Origin: Vicugna vicugna
Taxonomy: Eukaryota
Direction of reading: 5' to 3'
DNA: 64,000 nucleotides
Assembly (NCBI GenBank): GCA_013265495.1
Contig: MU058636.1
Span: 9,564,176 to 9,628,175, forward strand
Shown: piece by piece, positions 25,735-39,864 of the stretch
Position numbering within the stretch: the first letter of the stretch is position 1
How the letters are laid out: each line of letters starts with the position of its first letter
The notes under the pieces: generated by a model
Told to the model about the DNA's origin: nothing
Seen by the model: the letters and a program-made list of their open reading frames with translations, nothing else
Databases searched by the model: none
Translations under genes and position numbers: made by a program

Positions 25735-28455
25735 GACTAACATTATGCAGGGACATCAGTTAAGGAGACACTGCTTCTGATATCTTCACATTTCTAGCAT
25801 TATTTTCTTTCTTCTTTGCAATATTCCCATGAGGTACAGAAGAACAAGGTCACATCTTACAGATAAAAATGTTGCTAATAAATAATTAAAACTAACTAAT
25901 ATACCATGTATTAATTGAATACATAAGATATCATTTACTATGCTAGCCACTGTACGGCTAGAAGGAAAATATTAACCTTATTCTTGCTCTATTGGAAGAG
26001 ATAAGACATATAGGAAAAAGAGAACCATAAAATGGAAACTCCTTTTTATCCAACAATACTTTTATACATGTTTTAGGACATCATGGTATCTGGTGTGGCC
26101 CGATTATGGAAAATATGAGACACATGGAAGGTTAAAGTATTTACTGAAGTTATAAGCAGATCAGTTCTGGAGCTTATGTTATAATTTGAGCTTCATGAAT
26201 TCTAAGAGAAAATCACTAACTGGTATGATGTCTATCATATAAAGAAAAGAAAGGATAACTAGATCACTCAGTGATGAATTCAGCACTATCATCAGTGCAC
26301 CAGCACTGGGACAACACTGAATCCAACCTCATGATCTTCTAAAAATAACTATTCAAAAGTCCCCAGGACATCACTAGACTCCTTTAGAGTGATGTAGCTA
26401 GAACTCTCTTTGTTTCATTCACAGTATTTTTATTGATCAAGATTGGCAGGGTAGAACATTATTCTTCATTTCTAGAGAGAGACACAGGTCCTTGGCTTTG
26501 TTATTTAAGAAGTGTGTCCTCTCAAGTTAACATTATCATCAGCCTTAACAAAGGATTATTACAAGGGCTTCTAACAATGGAGAATTTACACTGGGGAACT
26601 TACACCAGGGACCCTGGCCAGCACGCAACAGTGGAAGGTAAAATTCTTCTGTTAAATAATCTCTGAAAGGCAGTATGTTTGCTTTGGTTGGATGTTATGG
26701 CACGCTCCCCTAGTGGCCTCTCTACTACATATTACATTATTAACATTAAGCTATCATGTATTTTTTGAGAATTGGCAAAAAAAAGTTTCTATATCATACA
26801 ACCACCCATGTTCTGTCATACTACAAGCATAAACTGGGGACCAAAGAAACAATAAAAATGTGCACTCATGTTAAGAGACTTGTTATCCATGATGGTCAGA
26901 AATTCTGAATTCTACAAATAATACAAGGTGGAATTTCAAGTTAACATTTCAATACTATGGAGATAGCATTCACAGCTCACCCAGTAACTAACGGGATGAC
27001 TTTGGGTGTCACCCTCTAAAATTCAGTGTTCTCAGTTGTTAAAAGGAAAAAAAAGAATAAATTACCTGTCACAGATCACGAGTCCCCAGGGAGCTGGGCT
27101 CAAATTAGTTAGGAAAACACTTATTATTATACCTTCCACGTCCCCCCAGGAGATTGGTATAAGTATTAACGTACTAAAGGCTCTGTGAAATTCTGCTGTA
27201 ATGAAATCTGTTCACTTTCCATAACCAAGTGTCTCTCAAGACCACTGGTTCCCAAAATGATTTTGCTTTTTCCTGTTAACACTTATTGGTACATTTGGAA
27301 ATCAGTGTTCCTCGGCACACACTTGAGGGTGATGCCATAAGGAAACAAAAAGATGAACTTTAATGACATCCAAGAATAAAAGCTTTGAGCTTAATGCTGT
27401 TATCCTTTCTGATTATAAGCAACACACACAATAAGACACCCTGCCAAGCTGGAGGGAGCTGGAGGGTTCAAGTACAGAGAATATAATGATGACTTTGTGT
27501 GGAGTGCCAATTGTATGCATCTTGTGACACTACCTACATAGGATGCTGTAAAGTTCTTTTCAGTGTGTGTTTTAAGTTTTTCTTTTAGAAGTGGTTATGC
27601 ATTCACCTTCCTCAGTTGGTTTTCCTTATAACTGCAAACATGTTTTTTTACAAGGCAACTGAACAATCTGCAATCTCTGTGTTTAGGGATGCTAACTAGT
27701 CCATACCGACCCTGGCCTGGGAAGTATCCGGCTCTGCCTGCATTAGCCGGTGGCAAGAAAGGGAAGTAAGTTAAAAACCAAATGACTCTCTTAGAAAGAC
27801 TCTACTCCACATAAAGTAAATGAAGATTTGGACCATTAAAAAAAAAATTTAAATAATTCTAGGGAAAAAGTCTTCCAGGGCTGCTAACATGACACGCCTA
27901 AGTGCAATGGATAAGTCCTTACTCCGTCATTTTTAAGAACTATTATCATTGTTATTTTTTACTTCAGAGATACAATTTTAAGAAATCAAAACTAGTAACT
28001 CAAAATAAGAAAAAACTAAGCATACTTGGCAGGAAAGAAAGGAGGGATCTGAGCACACCCTAACTGAACAGGATTGCAGGGTGACTGGCGCAAAACACAG
28101 CACTTGGCCGTGAGAGCAGGTCTGTAATTTGCAGCTGCAGTCACAAATAGAAGTCGAGTCTTCAACTAAGCAAAGCGTGGAAAAGATTTGGTTGTTCTGC
28201 GTCTAAGTGTATACACAGGCTTGGCCGACCCCAGTTAACACCCAAGGTCAGCGCAATGTAACATAAAGGAAAGCCCAGTTACAAACTGCTCTGTTCTCAC
28301 ACTAATTCTGATATTTTCTGCCTGTATCACATCATCCCCAAAATAAATGACTATGGATGGGAAGAGACTGATAATCCATACTTAGCTTTACAGTTGATCT
28401 AAGTCTGTGCTCCCACACCAGCCACGTAGAAGGTTTTAAGGGAATAAAATTGGTT

Positions 28456-28640
28456 CATGTTTCTTGAAATGTGGTCCATGGACCATGTGTGTCCAGAATC
28501 CCTAGAGTTTGTTACAAGAGTTTCGCCTGGGCCCCATCCAGACCTACCGAATCAGACTCTCTGGGGCAGGGCATTGGACTCTCCAGTGGAGCTTTCAGGG
28601 GATTTTAGGCACACTCAGGAACTGAAAGAATATTGCATTG
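28456..28640. mobile_element. MER5-family hAT-Charlie element
   Basis: tgtggtccatggacc...ctgggccccatccagacctaccgaatcagactctctgggg. Confidence 0.75.
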
Positions 28641-29746
28641 AATTCTGGTGTTCATTATTGATACGGAGAATCTGGAAGCTTCATAGGAAAGTCTGAAAAC
28701 AATGAAAAACTGTCCAAGTTAAGGCTTCATAAACAAGTTCCTCTGGGAGAAATCAAAAGCATGTGGGGAAAAAAAAAAACTGGTGACAATGGGTATTTGA
28801 AATTATAATTTTAAAACATAATCAGATACAAACATATAAAATTTGGTGTTTTAGATTTTATGAAAGATCAGTGAACTCATCGACTTCCTTTTCTTTAGCA
28901 AATCCAGGGCCTGGAGTAGATGCGATGTGTGGTGTTCCTTTGGGTTGTCCACACAGCATCTCCCTCTCACTCCTTCCTGGCAGCCAGAGCCCCACTCATA
29001 CCCTTGCACCATTTAAGTCTCCATCTCAAGCTCACTCCTCTTTTGTGTCAACGTGCCTGGGACGTCCAAGTGTGATGGAAGACGGGGACTGTGGTCCTAG
29101 AAAGTACTATTTTTCTGCAAGACTGAGTCATCTTCTTCCCTAGAGATGCTTAAGATCAGGTGACCTTCTCCTTAGTCAAAGCTGGTTTATATCACCCTAA
29201 CTAGCAGCAGAGGCTCAGACTGGCTGGTTCCTGAGTATCCTCCTGGCCTAATCATTCTACTTTTCCAAGACACACAAGGCTTTACAGAGTTGGGGCCAAG
29301 GATTGTCCTAGCCCACCTCTGTGGTCTGCAGTATGGTCTTCATGTCTTTCAATCAGTAATCGCCTACTGAAAATCCACCGCAGGAGAACTACAGAGGCGG
29401 TATTAAGGCCTTAATGTTGAGTTATCCATCTATCAAAACTCCTTTCTGGTACTGGGCACTGATAAAAAAAGAATATAATATATCACATGATGTATATATG
29501 ATCATTGTGTTGTGTATGTAATACGTATGAAGAGAGAGAACTCCAGGAAAACGATTTTCTGTGACAAGAACTCGGATAGATGGATGTGCCCAGTCGATAC
29601 CAGACTACAGGGGGGGGGGTCTTTCTATTTCTGTCCAGTTAGAGAGGGGTATAGCAGGTCATGATAAAGCAAAACGTCAACTAAATTCTGAAAACAAACC
29701 AGCTATCAGAAGTCATTTTCAAAAATACAAAATGACTAACTTAGAA

Positions 29747-29933
29747 CAGGGTCCTCCAGGTGGTGGTCTCAGCACGAGAAGCATCTGGGAACTCGTTGGA
29801 AACGCACATCACCAGCCCTCGACCCCACCCCACCAAGCCTGCTAATCAGTCATTCCTAGGTGGGCTCCAAAAATGTGGGTTTGAAAAAGTCCTGTGGGGA
29901 ACTCCGCTGCATGCTGAAGTTTGAGAACCACTG
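29747..29933. mobile_element. MER5A hAT-Charlie element
   Basis: gcatctgggaactcgttggaaacgca...aagtttgagaaccactg terminus. Confidence 0.75.
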
Positions 29934-32900
29934 GCTGAGAACTCCAGCCCACTCGCCTGGACCTTTGGTCCCAGGTGAGCGGCGCTAAAGGAAACAGGAG
30001 CGGTTTGTCATCTAGAAGATGACATCTAGAGATGAGCAAAAAGAGCTCTGCCTGCTCCCCAGCTGGCCCAGGAAATGCCTAGATTCCTTGAAACTAGAGC
30101 AACTTCTTTCGGTTAAGACACTGTCACTAAAAAGCCACTCTGCCCATTAGTATGCCAACACTTTTCATTTGTCTTACTCTTCAGTCATCAAGTCTGTCAC
30201 TTGACAGAGAGCCTGGATGTGGAGGACACCATGTGACATAACCCATGTCAGGTCAGGTTTAAAGTGGAGCAAGGGGAGAAGTCCTAAGCCCTCATCCTAA
30301 AGAGGCGAAAGACAGGCCCAGGCGGAGCCCTAAGGGAGGGGATGTGGGGAAGGCAGTGATGCTTTCAGAGAAAGGGATGCTCCAAGAAACACTGTCATTG
30401 TTACTGTCTTGAGCAGCACTTCACCATCAATTAGCTGAGGAGATTATCTCCCCTGGCTTCTTAGAGCAGAACAATGTCTAAACTGGAAAGGTCATTGTTT
30501 GCTGCTAATTAGCATTCGTCACCCATTTGATACATATTTGTGACTCACATCCAAACTAAGTATGGAATAATACAAATTTGGGGCACTTTTTCGTGTCCCC
30601 GCTTTAAAGCATCAGCCAGTTCCTACAATGAAATCTGCAAATTCAGGTCCTGACATCTGCAAGCACCAGTGGGCAGAACTTAAGAGAGACGTAATGCGTC
30701 TTCACGACGTTCCTACATGCTTCCTTTACAGGGCATGTAAATGAGATGTTTTACTAACACATCCATCGAAAGTTGGGTATCAAGTTTTAAAAACTCTGCT
30801 AAAGTACTTAACCATTTGAAAGCACATAATTTTATGTCCAACAAACAAAAACAGCATTAAAACCTCTATTTTCTCATAGCACCATTACCCGGCTCTGCAT
30901 GTTAACATTTTTATTACACATTATATTTCTCAAAGGCTTTCTACACGCCTTTTAAAAATTCAATTGACGGTAAAACTCAACCCAGACTGGTTTTTAAAAA
31001 TTATGACAAAGACATGACTTAAAATATAAGCTGGAGATGGCGGCAATTAAAGTTGATGTACAAGTTACCACAAGAAAGGCAGAAGTCATTGATTCCTTGA
31101 AGTATGTCTTTTATGGGTAGTAAACGTCCCTGGACAACAGTTCCACTTCATGTTCTTTCTATTGACAGGTGACATGTTAACCTCTAACCAACCATAGCAA
31201 GACAGTTCAGAATTAAGGCTGACACTTTGTCCTTTCACCAGTTCCAAAGTACTGCAGGGGTTTTACTGCCTGACGTTATACCATATGTGCAAACTCCAGA
31301 CACAGCAGGCAGGGTTAAGCAGGATGCCTCCAGCCTCTGCCATTTCCCTGCTTCCTGTTGTTTTTGGAGCAATCCTAACTTTAGCTAAACATAACCTTTC
31401 TGGGTGAATCATTTTTAGTAGGAGAATCCGCCTTATGGCAGAGCACCCTGTACTTCAGCTAGATTTCTGAAGCATTGCCATCTATGGAATTCACACAACT
31501 CAGTGCTTTGGTGTTTTGAAACCCACCCATTGCAAGAAAATTTTCATAAAATAAAACTATTTCACACTGAAGACTTTATGAATGAAAACCTGAACAACTA
31601 TGAAATGAACAACAGGAGGAATTCTTTTTGAAGTTGCTTTAAAGTTGTTTTTTTTTTTCCATGAGTCGCTCTTTCACTAAATGGTAGTGATCAATGGTAG
31701 ATTTTCCAAAACCTTTCCAGTAAGTCAAGTCATCTTTTAATTCTAAACTTACTACTCACTCGGGTAATGGGATACATTTACTTACTTGTGCCCTCAAAAG
31801 GTTCGAATCAGAAAAAACCTCTTAGGTTTTACATTCAAAACTTTTTTTCAAAATTATTTTTTGCTAGATATGAGAAATATATTTGAGAAATGGGAGAACA
31901 CCAAGTTCTAGTAAGAAACTATATCCTTAGCTCAAAGTCAATAAATCTTACCAAGCCAGAGTACATGAAAAGCATATACAAAGAAAAAGAACCAGTCCTT
32001 TTAAAAGTATACGTAACTTCCCCAATGGTCTTTCCCCTCGAGTTTTCTGTAGGACATCTATTTCTATATAATTTCCCCAAATCTATACATAGCTTAGAGA
32101 GGGAAACATAAATCTCACGAGTTTTGGATTCACTTCCTGTTGCCTCCCTTCATTACACATTTAAAGGTAATCAGTAAAAACTGATTTCTTTTTATAAGCA
32201 CTTCCCTGTTCTGCCAGAAATAATAGTAGTCCCTGCTTGAAAATGAAGAAAAACAATGGAAAGTAATATTTACCATAAGAGGAGAAAAAGAAACGGCCTA
32301 AGCATTTTTCTGGAGCCAAGTAAAACACCAACAGCAAATCAAGTTTATTCTTACAGAAAAAAAAGTTAAATACTCCTGGCATTAGTCCTATTCTTCAAAT
32401 CTGTGGCATCAACAAGTTTTCCAAGCCTGGGTTTATATTGCAACTCTCTAGAAAAGCTCATTATGTTTCCTAATAGTTTTACTCTGTATCTGTGTGAATA
32501 TATGTATCACACACAAGACTTTTGCCCAACTTTGAACAGTGAAGCAGGAAAGACAGTTAAGTCCCCCAAATTGCCTCCTTGGGCGGACTGAGACGAAAAA
32601 CCACAGGGGAACAGGGAAAAAAAAAAAAAAAGAGGAGGTCACAGTTCCATCTGGTAAGGCAATCAAGAACTGCAAACAACAGTATCTCTTATTTCAAAAC
32701 ACAAAACTTTTTGCCACTGGCATTTTCACAAAAGAATTCTCTTACTTAAAACGTTACTTGAAAGCTTTACATTAAATCATCTGAAATAACCTCTTGGGGC
32801 TTCTCCAACCTGTAGACTCTATCTCAGAACTCTCCATTTTTAATGTTTTTTCTTCTTTTGGATGTTTCACAAAAGACTGTAAGAAAACACCAAATGAAAG

Positions 32901-33888
32901 AGCAACAGACTTTTACTTTGTAATGAAGTTACAAATACATTTTATATGTTTTCCTGGCTTCCTATTCCCCTGCATTCTATACTATCTACAGAGGTTGTCA
33001 TATTTCACCAAGGCAGATTATAAATCAGACAAGTTCAGCCCGTCAGGTTGAAAAATGGAGGTAAAAGGCACAGCGGAAAATATATAAAGTATAATTAAAA
33101 CCATATGACCAGAGATACTGAAGCAATACTTGTTGGAAGAAACCCAAGTGAAAATCAAACCTTTTCTGGTGTTAGTGAGACTATCCAGTCCGTTTGGGAG
33201 AAGCACACATCATTTACTAAATATTCTTTTTTTTTTTTCCTTTGCAGCGAAGTACCCAGGAAAGTTAAATCCTAACAAGGTAATTAAGCTTATCTGTGGC
33301 GTTGTGAAACCCACGGTCGTTAATGTAAAACTGATATCTCATTTAAAACAGTAATCATTTATTTAGAAATATAGTTTAAGATTGGGCGAGGCTCAATTTT
33401 ACATCCACCAAAGAGTATTAAAAGCTTATGATGACAATGTTGAATCAAAACCCTTTTCTACTTTCCTATGAAGTTTTCATCTCTAAAGATCTGAGGATTC
33501 CAGAAAGGCACAGATAATGTAATTGTTGCTGAAGCAACTACAACAAGGAGTAAACTGAAAGAGCAAGAAGATAAAATCCAAACTATCTCCTCTGCTACAT
33601 CGTAAACAACCTGGATGTTACTGCCTGACAGAGGCGGTACCCAGCAGGCCAATGAGGTAGTACATGTTCAAGGATGTACAGAAAATAAGAGCTCTTAAGG
33701 TTGTAAAGCAATTCCGGTAGAAAAAAATAAATAAATCTTTGACTTTGGCTACCTGTCACCAAAGCCATTCCACGTCTAGGTCTCCTGAGGATTCCAGTGT
33801 CAGTTTCAATAATCTCAGCGGACAACTGGAACATAATTTTCAATATTGCTTTGGGATTCCAGTAAACAAATGAAGTTGAACAAAGTCA

Positions 33889-34467
<579 letters not shown>

Positions 34468-35289
34468 CTGGTAAAACCATAAGAAAGAGTAAGAGGTAAG
34501 CATTTTTAGATTAGCAATAACACCGATTCAGTTGGTCTACAACTCTGTATTAATAAACATTCAAAACTGCCTCAGTACTTCAAAAGTGAAAAGAATGTAA
34601 GCTGAATTTTGCCAGACTAGTGCAAAGCTTTTCATGTTGTTATCTCCTATAAATGCTCCCAAATGAACTCGGACATCTATTTACTCAAAGAAATGCATGA
34701 CTTCTACTTGCCAAGCCAGTGAATTCATTTCATACACTCACATTAAAAGTAATGTAGCATTTTTACTGGTACTAAGCATAATTCCAAATATTATAAATAA
34801 AATGAGCCATACCGTGGTTTGTTTAGTTGGCCTGCAAGTTCATGCTCATAATTTGCAGCAACTTTTCTATGTTCCTCTACGTGCATTGTCTCTACATGAC
34901 CCCGGAAAAATGATGAAGAAAATTTTTGCAATTACAGACTGTCGAGGCACACAGAATGGATGGGACCATTAGGCATCCCCAGCAGTCATTCAGCGACATA
35001 TGTCAACTCCTTCAGTCTTAACTATCTTCTCCTAGTGTCAACGAAAGATTTTCAAATCTGCAATTTTGATTCATTGGTTCCAATTAAATTATTGAAACCA
35101 CCTCTCCTGCTGAATGAGTATCAGTCAGTGTCTAACCTGAAAAATAATCCATGCTTTCCAGGACGCTACCTCGAACCGCAGTCATTCAAGCAGCTCCACG
35201 TGCATGCAGTTCCATCCCTCTCTCCCTTTCAAAAAGAGTTCCAGAACCACTTCCCACACTTTCCACAAAGAAATGAATACAGAAGCCCA

Positions 35290-36900
35290 GAGCTCACGCA
35301 CCGCACAGCTCCAATAGCGGCGCTCTTACCTCCAGCTTTCAGGGCCCACAGCAAGCGCCCCCCGCCACCCCGCGCGCCCCACCTCTCTCCTTTCCCGACC
35401 CTCGCCCCTACTGTTTCCTTTCCACCCACCGCCCCACTTCCACTCCGGCGTGTCACTCCAGGGAAGACTCGGCTTTTTTTTTTTTTTTAACTCTTGTCAA
35501 CTGCGGTCAGCATCAGCATTAGCGGCTGAAGTTGGTCTGTCTGGGCCCTGAGGCAGGGGAAGCGAGTGGTGGGGGGACGAAGGCCCTCATCTCGAGCTGA
35601 GGGAAGGCGTCCTGGGGCACGAACATGACAAGCCCGTGGCCAGCCCCCTACAGTGGCCTTACCCACCCACCCCCACCGCACCCCGAAGACACACAATGAG
35701 CCCAAAACCCCCAACGGGGGAGAGGGGCTTTCTCCAGCCGGCCCCGCGAGGAGGAAGGGGATGAGGATGGGAAGGCAGCACCCCCCGGAGGCAGACGCCA
35801 GCAGCAGACGCGGCGGGCAGGGAGAGCCCGCCGGCGGCCAAGCTCAGGAAGTCTGGAGCCCGGGAGCAGCCCAACTCCGGCGTCCGGAGAGAAAGGAGCG
35901 GAGCCCAGGTCCGCGGGCAGCCGCGCGCTGGACTCACATGGCTGGCGGGCGGCGGCCGCCTTCCCTCCCCGGGCCGGGGCGCACACACAACTTGCTGTCT
36001 TCCCCGGGCGGCGCATCCACGGCACGGAACACCGTCCTTCCCCCTTCGTCGCTGTCCCTACCCGCCGCGGAGCCCCGGGCCGGACTCGGGAAGGAGAGCC
36101 GGGGAGGGCAGGAGGCGGAGGGTCTCCGGAAGGGCGCGCGGCGCCGCCGCCCGTGCAGCCCCCGCTCCCCGCGGGTCTCCGGCGGCGGCTCGGGCGGAGC
36201 GCTGTGGCCGCGCGGGGCGCCGGGGCTCGCGCGCGGAGGAGCGGCTCTGCCTTTGGCAGGCGAGGCACGCACCGCCTCCTCCCCTCCGCCGCCCGGCCCT
36301 CCTCTCGCGCCTGTCCCCTCCCCTCACGCCCGGCGGGACCCGGAGCGGACGCAGCGAGGGCGCGGCCGGCGGGGACCTTCCCCGCGCGCAGGGCGGGCGG
36401 GCGGGCGGGGAGCGCGGCTGCGGCGCGCTCGGGTCCACCCCCACCCCCGGGGGCGGCTCTCGCGGCTCCGCGGGCGCCGAGCCCCCCCTCCCGCCCTCCT
36501 CGCCCCGCGACTCCTTCCCACTGAGGGGCAGGCAGACAGGCCCAGAAGTAGGGGACAAAGTTGCTTGTCTTCTGGGATGCTCCCTCGGGGCCGCGAAAGA
36601 TGAGACACCCTCCCTGTTGGCTTTGCTGGGTCTGGTATGTGGAGTTTAAACTCCGGCTTCTGACCGCCTTTAGGGGGTGGCGTGGGGAAGGAGCGTCTTA
36701 AAGACTGGCTGCAGTGACCCTCTTGAGCTTTCGGGAGGCTCCTGGGATGGGGTCACTTTGGAAGAGGGCGAACACGGCCTATGTGGGCGTGGGAACGAGA
36801 GGCGAGAGCCGAGAGCCAAGCTGAAAGGATTCCGTCAGGATCCGCCTTTCCAGCCAAGCCGGCGGGAAGACAGGGGGAGATTCCAGCGAGCTTCTCCCAA
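35290..36900. promoter_or_regulatory. CpG island / LHFPL6 promoter
   Basis: Very high GC and CpG density (core ~35740-36520), many GC boxes, (GGGC)4GGGG at 36391-36410; surrounds the exon 1 donor. Confidence 0.92.
35938..36290 (-). other. LHFPL6: LHFPL6 non-coding exon 1 (5' boundary/TSS approximate)
   Basis: Donor CAT|GTGAGT (GT at 35937-35936) inside the CpG island. The TSS is placed roughly, downstream of the GC-box cluster at ~36390-36410. Confidence 0.72.
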
Positions 36901-36931
36901 GAGACGTCCTCTTTGGGAACCTCTTTCAAAG

Positions 36932-37050
36932 CATTTTTCTCTGTCTCTCTCCCTCTCTCCTCTCTCTGTGTCTCTGTCCGTGCTTCTTTCTCCCCCTTTC
37001 TCCTCTGCTCTCCCTTCCCCTTCCCCCACCCTCTTTCGCTCCCATCCCTC
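36932..37050. repeat. CT-rich low-complexity polypyrimidine tract upstream of the promoter
   Basis: Almost pure C/T run, followed by CCAAT (37054-37058) and ATTGG (37081-37085). Confidence 0.8.
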
Positions 37051-37525
37051 CGTCCAATCAATCTTGCAATCAATACCACCATTGGATTTCTTTACTGAGA
37101 AACACTGATTTTGACTTCCCCTCTGGACTTAACGGTCTTTTTTTGCTTGTCATTAGCGCTAACCCCTTTGGAAGTTTAGCGCTACATTCAGCAGACTGTG
37201 GGAGTCTGCTGAAGACAGTATTTTAAGAATCACGCCATCTGGGAATACCAGTTTGTGAAGCAGCTACTTCCCCAGATACGGCTTTTTTAAAGTACTTTAA
37301 AGTAAGAAATGGGTAGGTATATATTTCATAGAAAATTTTCCAGTTGCACCACTTTATTTAGGCATGGTGGTGTGCATTTTTTTTTTACAACTACAGCTGG
37401 AGATGTGCGTTCTTTCATTATTATTTTAAAAGGCTTTGCATAATTAGTTCCAACACGTTTGAGGTCATAGACCTTTTAAAGATGAAACTGATAAGCCTCG
37501 GGGGGGGGGAGGGCATTTACACACC

Positions 37526-37743
37526 AAGTGGTTCTCACGGGAGAGAAGAAGGGAGATTATGACCCGTCCCAGAGGACATTTGGCAGGGTCTGGAGATATT
37601 TTTGCTTATCATGACTAGGGAGGTGCAACCAGCATCTGGTGGGCAGAGGCCAAGGTTGATGCCGAACACCCTGCAATGTACAGGATAGACCCCCAGAATT
37701 ATCCAGGCCAAAATATCAACAGTGCTGAAGTGGAGAAAACCTG
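37526..37743. mobile_element. MER20 hAT-Charlie element
   Basis: agtggttctca...ggacatttggca...gcagaggccaagg...aattatccaggccaaaatatcaacagtgctgaagtggagaaaacctg. Confidence 0.85.
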
Positions 37744-38249
37744 TTTCAATAAAATGTCAGATGGTTCTCTGTTTCCCTGCAGCCAATCCATGATCAGAAT
37801 CGCTGATCAAAAGCCCTGATGAAAGTTATTTTTATCTGTCTTGTAGGCCACTGGTTAACAAGCTCAGTGACCGTATGGTAATGGCTGGTCTGATTTTCAG
37901 TTATGTATCCTAACCTAGTTACCACACAGAGCTTTCAGATCGGCGTAACGTGCAGGCAGAAGACACGGCTCCATAAAGACAAAGTTATGGGAGAAAGATT
38001 CCGGCTCACCCTCCACACAGCCTGCGGTGGATGTTGGTCTAGAACATTTTCTCAACTTGGAGATTGAAACACTAAGTTCTTGCTGTGTCTCAGTCCTTAT
38101 ACTAAGTTTTCTTGATAGATTATTTTATCTAGTCCTCAAAAAAAAAAAAAACTGAAAAAACTGAAGGAAGTGCAATTACTATTTTACACAGAGGTTAAGC
38201 AATTGGCCTGAGAACTTACAGCTAAAAAGTGGACTTAAAAAAAATCTCG

Positions 38250-38386
38250 CTAGTGGTAGCTCACGGTGAAAAAGAATGTGACAGTGAATATATATATGTT
38301 CATGTATGACTGAAAAATTGTGTTCTACAATGGAAATTGACACAACGTTGTAAACTGACCATAACTCAATAAAATTAAAAAAAAAA
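38250..38386 (+). mobile_element. Short LINE-1 3' tail (younger lineage-specific type)
   Basis: gtatgactgaaaaattgtgttctaca...aaattgacacaacgttgtaaactgaccataactcaataaaa plus A-tail. Confidence 0.75.
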
Positions 38387-39109
38387 CTCATTATCTGCAT
38401 TCTATTAAACAGAGTAAATGCTACTGAAGAGATTCAGCCTCAGATGAAAATGAAGATAGGGGAGGAAGCTGAATTTTTTTTATCAGGATGCACTATCCAT
38501 TACTTGTGAAAGCACAGTGTGTTCCATTCTAGGACTCAAATTTATAACTTACATGAGTGAATTTGGACAAATGGTGACCCTTCTGAGCCTAAATTACCTC
38601 ATTTGTAAAAAGAGTTGGAAATAGATGATTTCTAACATTCTTCTAGCTCATGACTTCTAGTGTCATGATTACATAGGTGCTTTTCTATTTGAGGAAAAAG
38701 TTGAAGAGTCAACTAATTTTGTTCCAGTATGTAATTTTACAGATGAGGAAGCAGAGGCTCTGAGACCTTCCAGTGTCTTACCCAGAGCTGAGCCTTGACT
38801 GTATTGGAATTTCTCACTTCATTCCACCATGTATCTTCCCAAACATAAAATCATCTGGATTACTCTTTGAGTTCTTGTATACATACTTTATAGACAAATT
38901 GCATTATACTATCTTTAAAATCCTTGCATCGAATTTGCACCTTCAAAGAGTTTTTAAATTACATCCCAGCCAGAAGTTCTCACATAGCAAATGTTGCTTA
39001 TACCTCTTATTTCAGGTTTGAGTTTCCAAACTGTTTGGATGGCAGGCCCATTGAGTCATAAGATGAGATCATGAATGTAAAAATACGTGGAAAGCTAGAA
39101 AGCATCTCT

Positions 39110-39540
39110 GACAACACTCTTGGTTGGCTACCCACTATTAATTCCCCATCCCTTCTCCCATATTCACTAGATAACTTTCTAACCTCCTTTAAAGCTAGTG
39201 GTGGCCATATGACCCTGTTCTAGACAATGAACCTGCTGAAGGAGTCCTCTGGGGAACAGCGTGTTCTCTAATAAAAGGAGGAGGCATAAGAGAACAGTTC
39301 TCTCATCATCTGGTTGCCATTGGATACATTATTGAAGAATAGGATGTTTAGAGCTGTGGCAGCCTTCTTGTAACCATGAGAGGAATCACGGAGATCTAAT
39401 TCCATCACCCCAACACGGCAGAGCTACACCATTCCTTCTCAACTTTTTAGAAGTAAATTACAGATTATGAATATGGTTAAAGTCACTGTTATTTGAATTT
39501 CCTGCTTTTTAGTATCTGAAAGCATTTCTAATTAATAAAG
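39110..39540 (+). mobile_element. Old MLT1-type LTR
   Basis: gctagtggtggccatatgacc...gagctgtggcagccttcttgtaaccatgag...tgaaagcatttctaattaata. Confidence 0.6.
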
Positions 39541-39864
39541 CACTGTACAGATAAGACCTATGCTAAGTGACAAAAAATCCAATGTTAGTCAAAATTGTAT
39601 ACCAGTGCCTGGCAACAGAAGATAGATACTCAGTAATTAAACATTAACTGAGGGAATTAATCAACAGATCAATATTACTTTGATCATTATCCTGTTCTAG
39701 TGCAGCCTACAGAGTGGATATTTAACTTTTAAACAGAGAGGGTGTGCTATGTGAAATTAGGAAAGGAGTCGAGCAGTGAATATAGGGAACACAATGGAAT
39801 CAATCACCTCTGACCTTTGGGGAGAGGTTGGAAAGGGACTTTGTTAGTTCCCATTTGCAACAGT

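Noticed and set aside
34960..35490. 176-aa antisense ORF in LHFPL6 intron 1
   Set aside because: No recognisable domain and it ends in a T-run; consistent with a chance ORF at the island edge.
35653..36603. 316-aa plus-strand ORF and several overlapping ORFs in the CpG island
   Set aside because: Low-complexity R/G/P/A translation, non-ATG start, and ORFs on both strands; this is expected from stop-codon scarcity in very GC-rich promoter DNA.
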